From Tubiluchus corallicola (Eukaryota; Animalia; Priapulida): a DNA stretch of 64,000 nt. Under the pieces are notes generated by a model. It saw nothing but the letters and a program-made list of their open reading frames with translations, was not told the origin of the DNA and made no database searches. The translations under genes were made by a program, and so were the position numbers. Location of the stretch: NCBI GenBank assembly GCA_030141605.1, contig JAQGDQ010000929.1, forward strand, positions 1 through 64,000, read 5' to 3'. Below, one piece after another: positions 48,681 through 60,164 of the stretch (its first letter is position 1; each line of letters starts with the position of its first letter).

Positions 48681-51438
48681 ATGGTTAGCTTGGTGTTCAA
48701 CTGCGGAGGCAACTTTGGCGGCGGATTTGGTGGTGGAGGAGGAAACATGAGTGGCAGATTTGGCGGCGGAGGTGGAAACATGGGTGGACAGATGGGGATG
48801 GGCGGTGGACAAGGTAGGTTTTATTAAATCATAATTTCGTGTACTGGGTGCTACATTAGTCGCTGTTTTTAACATGTTAATAACTTAAGCTTCATGCAAG
48901 AACTAGAAATGTGCTGACTCCCTAATTTATCTTCGACTCAAAACTTGTAAAATGAAATTTTATCCTGGCTTCTCGTAAAACGTTTCAGTTTTTTTATAAT
49001 CTAACTGTTCTGTGAAGAACCAATGCAAAGACGTGCTGATACTGTGAAGAACCAATGCAAAGACGTGCTGATACTGTGAAGAACCAATGCAAAGACGTGC
49101 TGATACTGTGAAGAACCAATGCAAAGACGTGCTGATACTGTGAAGAACCAATGCAAAGACGTGCTGATACTGTGAAGAACCAATGCAAAGACGTGCTGAT
49201 ACTGTGAAGAACCAATGCAAAGACGTGCTGATACTGTGAAGAACCAATGCAAAGACGTGCTGATACTGTGAAGAACCAATGCAAAGACGTGCTGATACTG
49301 TGAAGAACCAATGCAAAGACGTGCTGATACTGTGAAGAACCAATGCAAAGACGTGCTGATACTGTGAAGAACCAATGCAAAGACGTGCTGATACTGTAAG
49401 AACCAATGCAAAGACGGCTGATACTGTGAAGAACCAATGCAAAGACGTGCTGATACGTGAAGAACCGCAAAGACGCTGATACTGTGAAGAACCAATGCAA
49501 AGACGCTGATACTGTGAAGAACCAATGCAAAGACGCTGATACTGTGAAGAACCAATGCAAAGACGTGCTGATACTGTGAAGAACCAATGCAAAGACGTGC
49601 TGATACTGTGAAGAACCAATGCAAAGACGTGCTGATACTGTGAAGAACCAATGCAAAGACGTGCTGATACTGTGAAGAACCAATGCAAAGACGTGCTGAT
49701 ACTGTGAAGAACCAATGCAAAGACGTGCTGATACTGTGAAGAACCAATGCAAAGACGTGCTGATACTGTGAAGAACCAATGCAAAGACGTGCTGATACTG
49801 TGAAGAACCAATGCAAAGACGTGCTGATACTGTGAAGAACCAATGCAAAGACGTGCTGATACTGTGAAGAACCAATGCAAAGACGTGCTGATACTGTGAA
49901 GAACCAATGCAAAGACGTGCTGATACTGTGAAGAACCAATGCAAAGACGTGCTGATACTGTGAAGAACCAATGCAAAGACGTGCTGATACTGTGAAGAAC
50001 CAATGCAAAGACGTGCTGATACTGTGAAGAACCAATGCAAAGACGTGCTGATACTGTGAAGAACCAATGCAAAGATGTGTTGATACTGTGAAGAACCAAT
50101 GCAAAGACGTGCTGATACTGTGAAGAACCAATGCAAAGATGTGTTGATACTGTGAAGAACCAACGTAAAGACATGGTGATGATTGGCCAGAAGAACCTTA
50201 GTTAAACCTTTGTGTTGATAATGCCACTAAAGTTTAGTTACCACCTCACACTTTGAACCTTTACTCCAACTCTGCATTATTGTGGAAACAAGAGACAAAT
50301 GGGTTTCTGCATTTTTATTGCCTGAAAAATATTAAATTTCCTGAATAATAAGTCGGTATAAATCACAATTCAGTGGCTCGTATGTAAGTTACATTTGTCA
50401 AACTAGTGACTTGGTACTGAAAGGAAATTATTACCTCTGGCTAGTTACATTTGTCAAACTAGTGACTTGGTACTGAAAGGAATTTATTACAACTGGCTAG
50501 TTACATTTGTCAAACTAGTGACTTAGTATTGAAAGGAAATTATTACAACTGGCTAGTTACATTTGTCAAACTAGTGACTTGGAATTGAAAGGAATTTATT
50601 ACAACTGGCTATGTTACATTTGTCAAACTAGTAACTTGGTATTGAAAGGAAATTATTACAACTGACCACTGGCTAGCTATGTAGTGACGCTTTGCTTGCT
50701 GTGCTCCCGCTAAGCAGAAGTTTTTTTCCATTTCTAGGAGTTGGAAATTGGGGCGGCAGCGGTGGCGGTGGAGGCAACTTTGGAAACGACTATCAAAGTA
50801 ATTTTAGTGGCGGTCCAATGAGGTCATCTGGATATTCACAACGATCTACACCGTACGGCGGCGGTAGTGGTAACTGTAAGTTGAACACGATTGAATTCAA
50901 AAGTGAACCTTGTTGTGATTTTTCAGTTTCTCATTCAAGTTAGTTAGTAAGTTATTGATTTTTGAAAATATGCATTAATTATAGTAGGCGGTAGTTTTTT
51001 TTTCTGCTAAAAATGTAAAGTAATGTGGGATCTTCTGTTCTCCTGTAAGTGTAAGAACTGTCATGCTCTATCTTCTATTCTCTTGTAACTGTAAGAACTG
51101 TCATGCTCTATCTTCTATTCTCTTGTAACTGTAAGAACTGTCATGCTCTATCTTGTATTCTTCTGTAACTGTAAGAACTGTTGTGCTCTATCTTGTATTC
51201 TTCTGTAACTGTAAGAACTGTTGTGCTCTATCTTGATTTCTTCTGTAACTGTAAGAACTGTCGTGCTCTATCTTCTATTCTTCTGTAACTGTTAGCTGTA
51301 GAACTGTCATGTTCTATCTTCTATGTTTCTAAAGCCTCTTGTATTTCTTATGTCTTTTACAGTATTCTTTATGAGCATTAATAAACGTATTTTTACTCTT
51401 TAGTTGGCAGTGGTGGTGGTGGTAGCTATCGCAGATAA
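48681..51438 (+). CDS. hnRNP A/B (A1/A2-like) Gly-rich C-terminal exons; RRM exons not found (partial gene or pseudogene)
   Basis: Exons ~48704(ATG 48681)-48813, 50738-50875 and 51404-51438(TAA), phase-1 introns. They encode GGNFGGGFGG...GNDYQSNFSGGPMRSSGYSQRSTPYGGGSGNFGSGGGGSYRR*, which resembles the M9/PY-NLS of hnRNP A1. Confidence 0.75.
49010..50175. repeat. 32-bp minisatellite (~36 copies), intronic
   Basis: Unit ctgtgaagaaccaatgcaaagacgtgctgata; a small patch of indel variants at ~49390-49540. Confidence 0.97.
50387..50663. repeat. 56-bp tandem repeat (~5 copies)
   Basis: gttacatttgtcaaactagtgacttggtactgaaaggaaattattacaactggcta. Confidence 0.93.
51045..51325. repeat. 40-bp tandem repeat (~7 copies)
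   Basis: gtaagaactgtcatgctctatcttctattctcttgtaact. Confidence 0.93.
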
Positions 51439-53230
51439 ACTGCTTCAAGCAAGTCTTTTTCCATCTTATCTAAAAGGTAAGTTTCTGCTTTGGTTGACAT
51501 ACTTTTAGCAGTTGGTCCTAGAGGTGACTTCATTTGAAAAATGTAAAATCTAATGTGTATTTTTGTTATTAACGTCTTTAGTACCAAACTATTTTGCCAA
51601 ACTTTTACATCTCTGAGTCCAGTAGAAAACGAAATTTAACTCATTTTCTTACCCTTTTGTCTAAGAATAAAAACAGAAATTATTACAATAATTTGAACAG
51701 CATAAACAATCCTATCAGTTTTTAAGAACTTTAGTTTCACATTTGCGCCAGATTGGATCAAGTAACTAAACAGGGAGAAATGCTGTTTGCAGATATTAAA
51801 CAGGTTCAATAAACGATTAGAAAGTACCAATCTTGGGAGTTACTGAAGTTTTAAAATGTGTTTTAGTGTGTGTGTGTGTGTGCATGTGCGTGCATGCGTA
51901 TGGGCAGGGCGGGTGTGTGTGTGTGTGTGTGTGTGTGCGTGCGTGCCTGTGGGCGGATGTGTGTGTGTGACTCAGATCAATTTTAAATTCCTTGCTGACA
52001 ATTGAAATGAACCTGTCATATTTTACATTGAATTTTTTCCCTACGTCCAAATTATTTCCTACTTTAAAGTGTTCTATGTTCTGTCTAGATAAACGTTCAT
52101 ATTTATTTTCCCCTGGCCTATCTGTAGTCACTCGTTATTGCACTAAACCGATCATTTTCATTGCGCTTATATACATGTTTTTATATTCTCTACACCGCGC
52201 TTAGTTGAGTATATTTTGAGTTTTGTCTTAATCACAAAGGTAAGCTATGCCCACCGTGAAGTCAACCGGTGTTAAAGCTTGAGATAAACAACCTTAATTT
52301 TGTATTGACAAAATATCATCAGCATCACGGCAGTAATACTCAGTAGCATGTTTGGGCATAGGTTGCTGTAGTTAGGCAGTCTAGTATTTATGTTTTTGAC
52401 AGTCAAACATTCTGACGTGCAAATTGGTTACACGGATTTGTTCAAAATTGTTTAGCTCACCAATGCATGTGAATAATGAATATATTTCTTTTAGGAATCT
52501 TGTTTAAAAGTGTCCATGTTCAGTGAAGAAAGCTAAGGCAGCACACAAATAAACCTGCACAGATTATAAGGCTGCAAGGAAATAATGTAGTACAGATACT
52601 TTAGACTACAGCAATGAATTCTAGAATTCTAGCCAGTGACAGACAAATATAAGAAGTGTGGTTGGTCTACATCTACATAAATTTGCTTGATTCCATAGCA
52701 GAGATAAGCAGTGTAAATACTTATCAGTTATGGAGGAGAGAAAAACTACAAAAACGAGGCAAAATTCGCAAGCAGATGCCTGTGTTAGACGATTTTCAAG
52801 CCTTATTGTCTTCAAGTTCCGTTAGTTTCTTAAGCCAAGCCAGTGAAGAGGTAGAACTTCAGAATACAAACGTGAAAACGATGTGAAATAGTTTTACATA
52901 CAAGGTTGAAAATGTGGACAAATTGTAATTTAGAACAAGTGGAAACAAGTGTATATTTGATTAGATTACGACATTTTATTGCATTGTATACGTGTAGTTT
53001 ATTCTTTGTTGTACATATTACTCATTATTAATTAAGCTATATTTCAATTCCACTACTGAGTTGTACGAGGTGTTGTAAAAAGTTTAGTGTGTTGTAGTGT
53101 CCTACCAATGCTGTTAATTGGATTCATGAGGATCAGTTTTACCTGAATTTGGTAGTTTTTGCTCGACAGAATTAGTGAAGTGTAACATCATTTATGCTTC
53201 TTCGTTCACAGTATTTTCAGCAATAAACTG
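51439..53230 (+). other. hnRNP-like 3' UTR with an intron (51477-52494) and AATAAA at ~53222
   Basis: AAG|gtaagt 38 nt after the stop, a ttcttttag acceptor at ~52494, then an AU-rich exon. Confidence 0.55.
51866..51970. repeat. (GT)n-rich microsatellite
   Basis: Interrupted gtgtgt tracts. Confidence 0.85.
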
Positions 53231-54796
53231 AATTAAAAAGAATTCATTTTCAAGAAAGACTGTTCTATTCCTTTCAGCATGTAAATTAGCATTTTTAGTC
53301 GTTGTGAGAGTTTAGTCAGGCGAGTTCTGGTTGCTGGCGTATCTAGATTGACAACAGTTTATGGAAAATAGTGATTTGTTTTATAATACAATCACTTTTA
53401 GGTAATAATGTAATATTGTCCTAAAGCTAATTTTCAGGTCTTGTTTGTTCATTAAAGTTAATAAGTCAGTTTTATCTGTTAAAGACAAGTGTACATTTGT
53501 TAGGTGGTTCTGCAAGAAGTTATAATGTGGAGGAGGCAGCAATGAACCATTAGATATTAATCGTGCAACGTATAAGCATTATTTATATCTGATTTTTTTA
53601 TACAGTACACTTAAGAAAAACTAGCTTTGGTGAAGCAAAATTAGAAAGAGGTGGAAATGTTTCACTTAGTTTCTGTTCAAGCAATGAAGTAGTCATAGTT
53701 AAGCTAACATTACTTGTAGTAGAAATGCGGATGGTTTAATGAAGTTGATTTAGTAATTTCTTCACTATACTAAGGTAACTTCAAGGTAGTGTGTGGTAAA
53801 ACCTTGTTATTACGAAGTGAGAAATGCTATGACAAGACGAGCCAAGTAGTTACAGCGCAGTGGTAATCTTCTATTCTTACGAAGTTTTTAAGTAGCTAAA
53901 ATTTCTGTCTATGCTAGCCAATCAGTGAGAAGCTTACGCAACGGTTTTGGGAGAAATTCTTGAAGAACAGCTACTTAAGTTCTGGTCATGCGCAGTTGTT
54001 AGACACCGTATGAAGCATAGTGTTTGCTAAGGCAAGCAAGTTTGGTTAGAAAGTTACGTAGAATGCGCATTATAAACCAGGTAACATTTTTAACCTTTAT
54101 CTAGATATAGTTAAGAGAATTGTATTAGTCTAAGATGGGTTAAATGTGGTACACGTTTGGTTACACATAAAGTTTCGTATGATATTATGTCATTTTAGAA
54201 GCCACTTTATTATTTATTATGAGGGCTGGGGCAATAACTCCTGTTTGTGATATGTTAAGAAAGCCGAATTGTAAAACGTTGCAAGCTTGTTACTATGCCA
54301 GTGAAGGTTAGTATCTTCTGATTACTGCAACCGAGTCCTCTTTAGGCAATAAGTCAGACATGTTTTTTTGCAAAAATGACAATCTTTCTGCCATTTATTT
54401 CCTCTGTGAAGGATCAAACTGCTATTGGGGGTGTTCAAGCTGCTAGAAATCTGGTTTTCAAAGCTGTGTTTTCAAGTTGAAGTAATGAGTATTGCTTGAT
54501 CTTATATAGTTTATATAAAGAGTTCTTTTTTTGCAGGTCTCACAGCTTTCGATCAGCTGATTAAAAATAACGCCTTGCTGGCCCAGTAGATGTTTGGACA
54601 GGTAAATAATTTTTTATGTATTCTTCAATCAATCAATCAATGTATTTCACTCCAGGAATACATACAATACATCAACATACAATATTATTGAAAAAAAAGA
54701 AACAGTATAGGTAAAAAACGTTGATGAAGTCAAATTAACCAAATAAAAGAGTTGCTGTATGATAACTTGGAAGCTTGACTTGTTAAGGTGGCAGAA

Positions 54797-55155
54797 ATGA
54801 GTGAATGAAAGAATGGTTAGGGTTAGTAGACATGATGGAATGGAAAAAATAGTAAGATTAGGGAGAGGAAGAAGGAAGGGAGGGGAGGATGAGTGAATGA
54901 AAGATTGGTTAGGGTTAGTAGACATGGTGGAATGGAAAAAATAGTAAGATTAGGGAGAGGAAGAAGGAAGGGAGGGGAGGATGAGTGAATGAAAGAATGG
55001 TTAGGGTTAGTAGACTTGATGGAATGAAAAAAAATAGTAAGATTAGAGATAAGAAGAAGGAAGGGAGGGGAGGATGAGTGAATGAAAGAATGGTTAGGGT
55101 TAGTAGAAATGATGGAATGGAAAAAATAGTAAGATTAGGGATAGGAAGAAGGAAA
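54797..55155. repeat. 92-bp purine-rich tandem repeat (~4 copies) containing GGTTAGGGTTAG
   Basis: atgagtgaatgaaagaatggttagggttagtaga... at 54797, 54889, 54981 and 55073. Confidence 0.93.
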
Positions 55156-55627
55156 AGAGGAGAAGAAACGACCACAGTGTATGTTTAATTTACATAGAGG
55201 TATATTAAAATAGCATTATAATTGATTGGAGGCCATATAATGCGACTGCATGAGACATGGAACCATTAAAATTTGTATTATAAGTATGAATCAAAAATGG
55301 TACTTTTCAAGTACTTTTTGAAACTATAAATAGTTTTGTGTATTTTTACTTGGGCACTTATTCCAGTTGTTGGGGGGCTGTGAATTTAACAAAGTATTGT
55401 ATTAGAAGCTTTGTTTAAAACTTTCTATGCTTCAAATAACATTTTGGTCTTACGTCAGATAATGCAGGGATTAATTAAGTGGTCATTTACAGGTGTCACA
55501 GTCACCAAGCCACTTACTGACTGATCTAATGAGTGTTTAAGCAGGTAAGTTAAAACTTTTTCAAGTGGTTTGTTTAACGATATCAGTGCAATGCTTTGAT
55601 GTTACAAAACGTGATGTGGAAGTTGAA

Positions 55628-55995
55628 ATTGTACATTGTAGTTAAGTGCTGCCATCTATGCACTAATCCTGTTACATTCTACCAGCTGACTTACCTTCAG
55701 TGTAATTGTATGGTCCAGTGACTACATACACACTGGTCCTCTCTCTATCTTAAATTAATGGTTGTTGTGAAGCCTGTGCAACTCTGCATAGGTCAAGTTT
55801 ATTGTACATTGTAGTTAGGTGCTGCCATCTATGTGCTAGTCTTGTTACTTTCTACCAGCTGACTTACCTTCAGTATAATTGTATGGTCCAGTGACTACAT
55901 ACACACTGGTCCTCTCCCTATCTAAAATTAATGGTTGTTGTGAAGCCTGTGCAACTCTGCATAGGTCAAGTTTATTGTACATTGTAGTTAGGTGT
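55628..55995. repeat. 173-bp tandem duplication (~2.1 copies)
   Basis: attgtacattgtagtta.gtg at 55628, 55801 and 55974. Confidence 0.9.
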
Positions 55996-56247
55996 AAAAT
56001 CTATTCAGGAAACGTGTTTTGAATTAGATGAAATTAAACATGATTAGTGAGCAGATACGTGTATCATACATAGTTTGTTGTGCATCATTTACTTGCACCT
56101 ACATGTAGTATTTGCAGAATTTTTCGCCATTGTAAATACTTTGCGAACAGTAGGTTTCAGTGTAGTAAATGGTCTCGCTGATTTTATTAGCAATTGACTG
56201 TGGTGTTATGAAAGTAATTCTTAGTGTCTTTAATTGCAGGTTTTGCG

Positions 56248-56980
56248 AGTGTGATCAGTGAGACGTAACGGAAGCAAGTATTACTCATTGAGATAGAGCA
56301 CTTTGAAAAACTCTGCTCTTCACTCTCAGGGATTTCTGACACTGATGTTAGACTAGGATGTCTAATGCACCTGTGTTGCAGTGTCCATTCTGCCAGTGTG
56401 ATCAGTGAGACGTAACGGAAGCAAGTATTACTTATTGAGATAGAGCACTTTGAAAAACTCTGCTCTTCACTCTCAGGGATTTCTGACACTGATGTTAGAC
56501 TAGGATGTCTAATGCACCTGTGTTGCAGTGTCCATTCTGCCAGTGTGATCAGTGAGACATAACGGAAGCAAGTATTACTCATTGAGATAGAGCACTTTGA
56601 AAAACTCTGCTCTTCACACTCAAGGATTTCTGACACTGATGTTAGACTAGGATTTCTAATGCACCTGTGTTGCAGTGTCCATTCTGCCAGTGTGATCAGT
56701 GAGACGTAACGGAAGCAAGTATTACTCATTGAGATAGAGCACTTTGAAAAACTCTGCTCTTCACTCTCAGGGATTTCTGACACTGATATTAGACTGGGAT
56801 GTCTAATACACCTGTATTGCAGTGTCCATTCTGCCAGTGTGATCAGTGAGACTTAACGGAAGCAAGTATTACTCATTGAGATAGAGCACTTTGAAAAAAC
56901 TCTGCTCTTCACACTCAAGGATTTCTAACACTGGTATTACACTGGGATGTCTAATGCACCTGTGTTGCAGAGTCCATTGA
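56248..56980. repeat. 147-bp tandem repeat (5 copies) with internal hairpins
   Basis: Period 147; stems agagca..tgctct and ttagac-taggat-gtctaa. Confidence 0.95.
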
Positions 56981-57052
56981 TCGTCATGGTGACGGCACAT
57001 TGTTGTCCGATCGCAGCTGTTTCCGATGTAATGAAGAAGCTTTAAGAGTCGG

Positions 57053-57172
57053 TTCCACGGCCAAGTTACTTTGAAAACACAGGTTCTCGTCTGATCACCG
57101 AAGTTAAGCAACGTAGAGCCTGGTTAGTACTTGGATGGGTGACTGCCGAGGAATACCAGGTGCTGCTGGCTT
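57053..57172 (+). rRNA. 5S rRNA-like sequence (pseudogene or head of a 5S-derived retroposon)
   Basis: 120 nt matching metazoan 5S (ACGGCCA...TTGAAAACACAGGTTCTCGTCTGATCACCGAAGTTAAGCAACG...GGTTAGTACTTGGATGGGTGAC...GAATACCAGGTGCTG..GGCTT). Box A and box C are intact, helix I is mismatched, and there is no oligo-T terminator. Confidence 0.85.
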
Positions 57173-57555
57173 GCGGGATGCCCACACTGTATCTCGACAC
57201 TAGGCGGAGGAGCTGCACAAGCAGCCAACGGCTAGAGGGCGGAGGAGGTCAACTGACCCAATGGCCGTGTGTAGAGGAGTAAACCTTCCAAATCGGGAGT
57301 GGAGTCCCAAAGGCGGACCAGTGCAGCATGCTCACTGACTCCGGCAGCTCCTGCAACCAACCTGGTGCCAAACGTATCGCTCCGCTTTCCTTTGGACTAC
57401 ACCAGGGAGGAAGAGAGGGGTTCCTGTTGTCTGGGCAACTCAGGATGTCCATACACCTTGCCCAGGCGTGCGCCCTAGAGAGGCCACTCCAGTGGTTCAA
57501 GGATCGCACTGCTCAGCCACAGTCGACGCTGCAGCTCCATGAATGTGATCAATAA
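57053..57555 (+). mobile_element. Probable 5S-derived SINE (SINE3-type) or 5S-headed non-LTR fragment
   Basis: The 5S head runs without a terminator into a ~380-bp GC-rich body in an AT-rich background. Confidence 0.55.
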
Positions 57556-58175
57556 CTGACTCTCTTAGCGCACACTCTATTGTCTTCCGAGACAGAAGGA
57601 TGACAACAACAGCAAGAGTCGGCAGCAAGCATTCTCTAAACTGTATGTGATGAAACCAAGGGACATAAAAAACTGAAGTGTGGTGTAAAAAGCTGCGTGG
57701 GTACAGTAAGTGCATGAGATTGCTGCTGTTGTGAAAATAGCAGTTGTCTTTTCAAAAACGCACAAGTATAAACTTGTAGATATTGGTCAAATCCTGGCAG
57801 CACAGATTTGTGACCAGCTGATCGTGTTGAGTGAAAAATTGCAAGTGTTCATTTTTGCATTTTATAACTTGAATCAACATGTTGAAATGAGGAACTAATG
57901 TCGTGTATAAAATTAAACAAATTTCAGCTGTTGTATTTCCACTTGTTTGAGATGTTCTGCCTTCGTAATGTGTGAAATTGTCACATTTTGTGAACTGGAT
58001 ATCAAATATGCATGTAGTTATTTACTTCAGTGGAAAATTACTTATAAAATAAAATATTTTCTGGGCTGACAACCAGGCATATTTTCAGAGTAATGACTTT
58101 CGTGATTAATAGTGCATCTTCATTTTAAACATTTATACAACTTGCATACATTACTAATATGAAGAAATTCATTAG

Positions 58176-58440
58176 TAATAATAATAATAATAATAATCTT
58201 TATTTAAAGTCGGCTTTTGGATCAACAATTAACATTAGCTCAAAGAGCTATTATCGCCGACTGTAAATAACAACCTACAACTACATAACAGAGACTATTA
58301 TTATCCTACTTTTACCGTAAATATCACGCGTCAGGCAGGGCAACAGCAGATACCATTTTTAAAGTGTTTGGTATTACCCGGCTGCTGGTTCGAACTCACG
58401 ACCTCCCAGACGGAAAGCATTACCACTAGACTAAACTGTC
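58176..58440 (-). mobile_element. tRNA-derived SINE
   Basis: A box TAGTCTAGTGG and B box GTTCGAACC; central cgggtaataccaaacactttaaaaatggtatctgctg (recalled as Meta-domain-like); 3' stem gtcggc..gccgac, AATAAA and an (ATT)n tail. Confidence 0.8.
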
Positions 58441-59509
58441 TGGTCCTTCGAGGTCAAAAATTAAGCTCTGAATATTAAGATGGCAAGGACACCTAAGATT
58501 ACTAAATGAAACACCATTAAGAATCGCCTTAAAGGAATCATTAAAACCTTGCAAACAACAGCAGACTTAGATAGCTAAGATAAAGATATTCAATAACTTC
58601 AGGAGCAGAAAAACTTATGCCGTTAGCTGCGGATACGAGTGGGTGGAATACTCTTAATGTCTACAACAGATGGAATAACTACGCAAACGTAAATCAGGGG
58701 AACAAAAGGTTATGTTAAATTATGTACCAAAAAACCTTCAGTGTAAATCTATGTTACTTAGCATTTCGCGATTATGTAACCAGAAATAATTTAAATGTTT
58801 GTGCCAATTGGTAAAATGTCGCTGACTCACCTTCCAGGGTGCGCCACTCACTAATCAATGTTTATTTTTATTAACAAAATGCAGTGAATTAATCACTTGT
58901 TTAGTTAGTGACTTGTGCGCTAAGAATGCTCTGATTATTTTTTCAAACTTTACTTAATGTTACCAAAAGTTGTTTCAAACGACCTACCATTAAAATGGCT
59001 GCGCCTAACGGTCATCGCGGGAGTTTAAATTTACACGTTTTATACAGCGTTACTGTCGATGCAAGACCTGCACACAAAAAGGTAGTGTATAAGTGGTATA
59101 AAATTTCAAGACAAATTTTTAGAGGTTTGCGTAAGTAGAAGGTTTTCTTGTGCTTTAAGCTTTATTTTGCCACAGGCAGAGTAAGTTGTTAGTGTGTGAA
59201 TGTCAGGGGTTAATAAACAATTGCAGTTTATTCCACAACTAAGTGTTGGTTTTATGCTTCTAAAATTCATTAATAGTTGACAAATATAGCAACTACAAAT
59301 TGTATCGTGTATTTAAATAATTATTAAAAAATTTTTAATAACAACAAATAGTTAAATAACAGTATGAAATTAATAGATCTGTTCCAGGTCTCAGACAAAC
59401 AAATGTTTTTGCATTCATGTAGAAGAATAAGCGTCCTGTAATTACGCTTATCCTATTCCTGAGCTAGTAATAACGCAATGCATTGGAACAGAACTTAATG
59501 CATTGTTAA

Positions 59510-59969
59510 CCCTTTCATACCTGTTGTATCCCATGGGATACGAGAATATTTTCTGCCTTTAAAATTAATAAAATTTTAAAACTGACAGTTATTTGATCTG
59601 TTAATAGTTATTTTGATTTAAGCCAATAACAATAGACTAAAATAGTGATAAAATGGCAAACTAGAAAATCTACATAACATAAAAAACTGCGCAAGGTACA
59701 GTACTTTAGAGACGACTTTGTACAGATCAGCATAGCATGCATGCTAAATGTCTGAAATACTTTAAAAAATTATCAGCAGTAGCAAAATGAAGCACATTTT
59801 ATGCTACCATTGAATCTCAATGTATCCTGTGGGATTCACGCTATATTTAGCACGCGGGCACAGGTAGAAAAAAATATTTGTAAACAAGCTGGATATACTA
59901 AACAAAAGTACCAAGCCAAAAAAGCCAAAAAATTTTTTCTTATTAAAAAATAATTTGGGACTGAAAGGG
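59510..59969. mobile_element. piggyBac-type MITE (460 bp)
   Basis: TTAA|CCCTTTCA ... TGAAAGGG|TTAA (TTAA target site, CCC termini); internal tgtatcc..tgggat repeat at 59525 and 59821. Confidence 0.8.
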
Positions 59970-60164
59970 TTAAGATGTAATTTAAGGTTTTTAGCTGATC
60001 TGTAACAATCATACTTTCTTATTTTTTGATGACGAAAGTTTATAGCGAAACCATTCTATTCCAGCGTTATCAGTAACTCAAGGTAATTAGGAGTTGCAGT
60101 TTGGAATGTTCTGTCTCTCTACTGTGTTGCTCTTTTCAGATAGTTTGATTCTTTCATTCCGGGT

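Noticed and set aside
48960-50174. Three long minus-strand ORFs (376-404 aa)
   Set aside because: Artefact of a 32-bp repeat with no stop codon in any minus frame; it lies in an intron of the plus-strand hnRNP-like gene.
56187-56783. 198-aa repeat protein
   Set aside because: The 147-bp unit is divisible by 3 and has no recognizable domain, and a later unit carries a 1-nt indel.
57053-57172. Functional 5S rRNA gene
   Set aside because: It is solitary, its terminal helix is mismatched and it has no oligo-T terminator, so it is treated as a pseudogene or SINE head.
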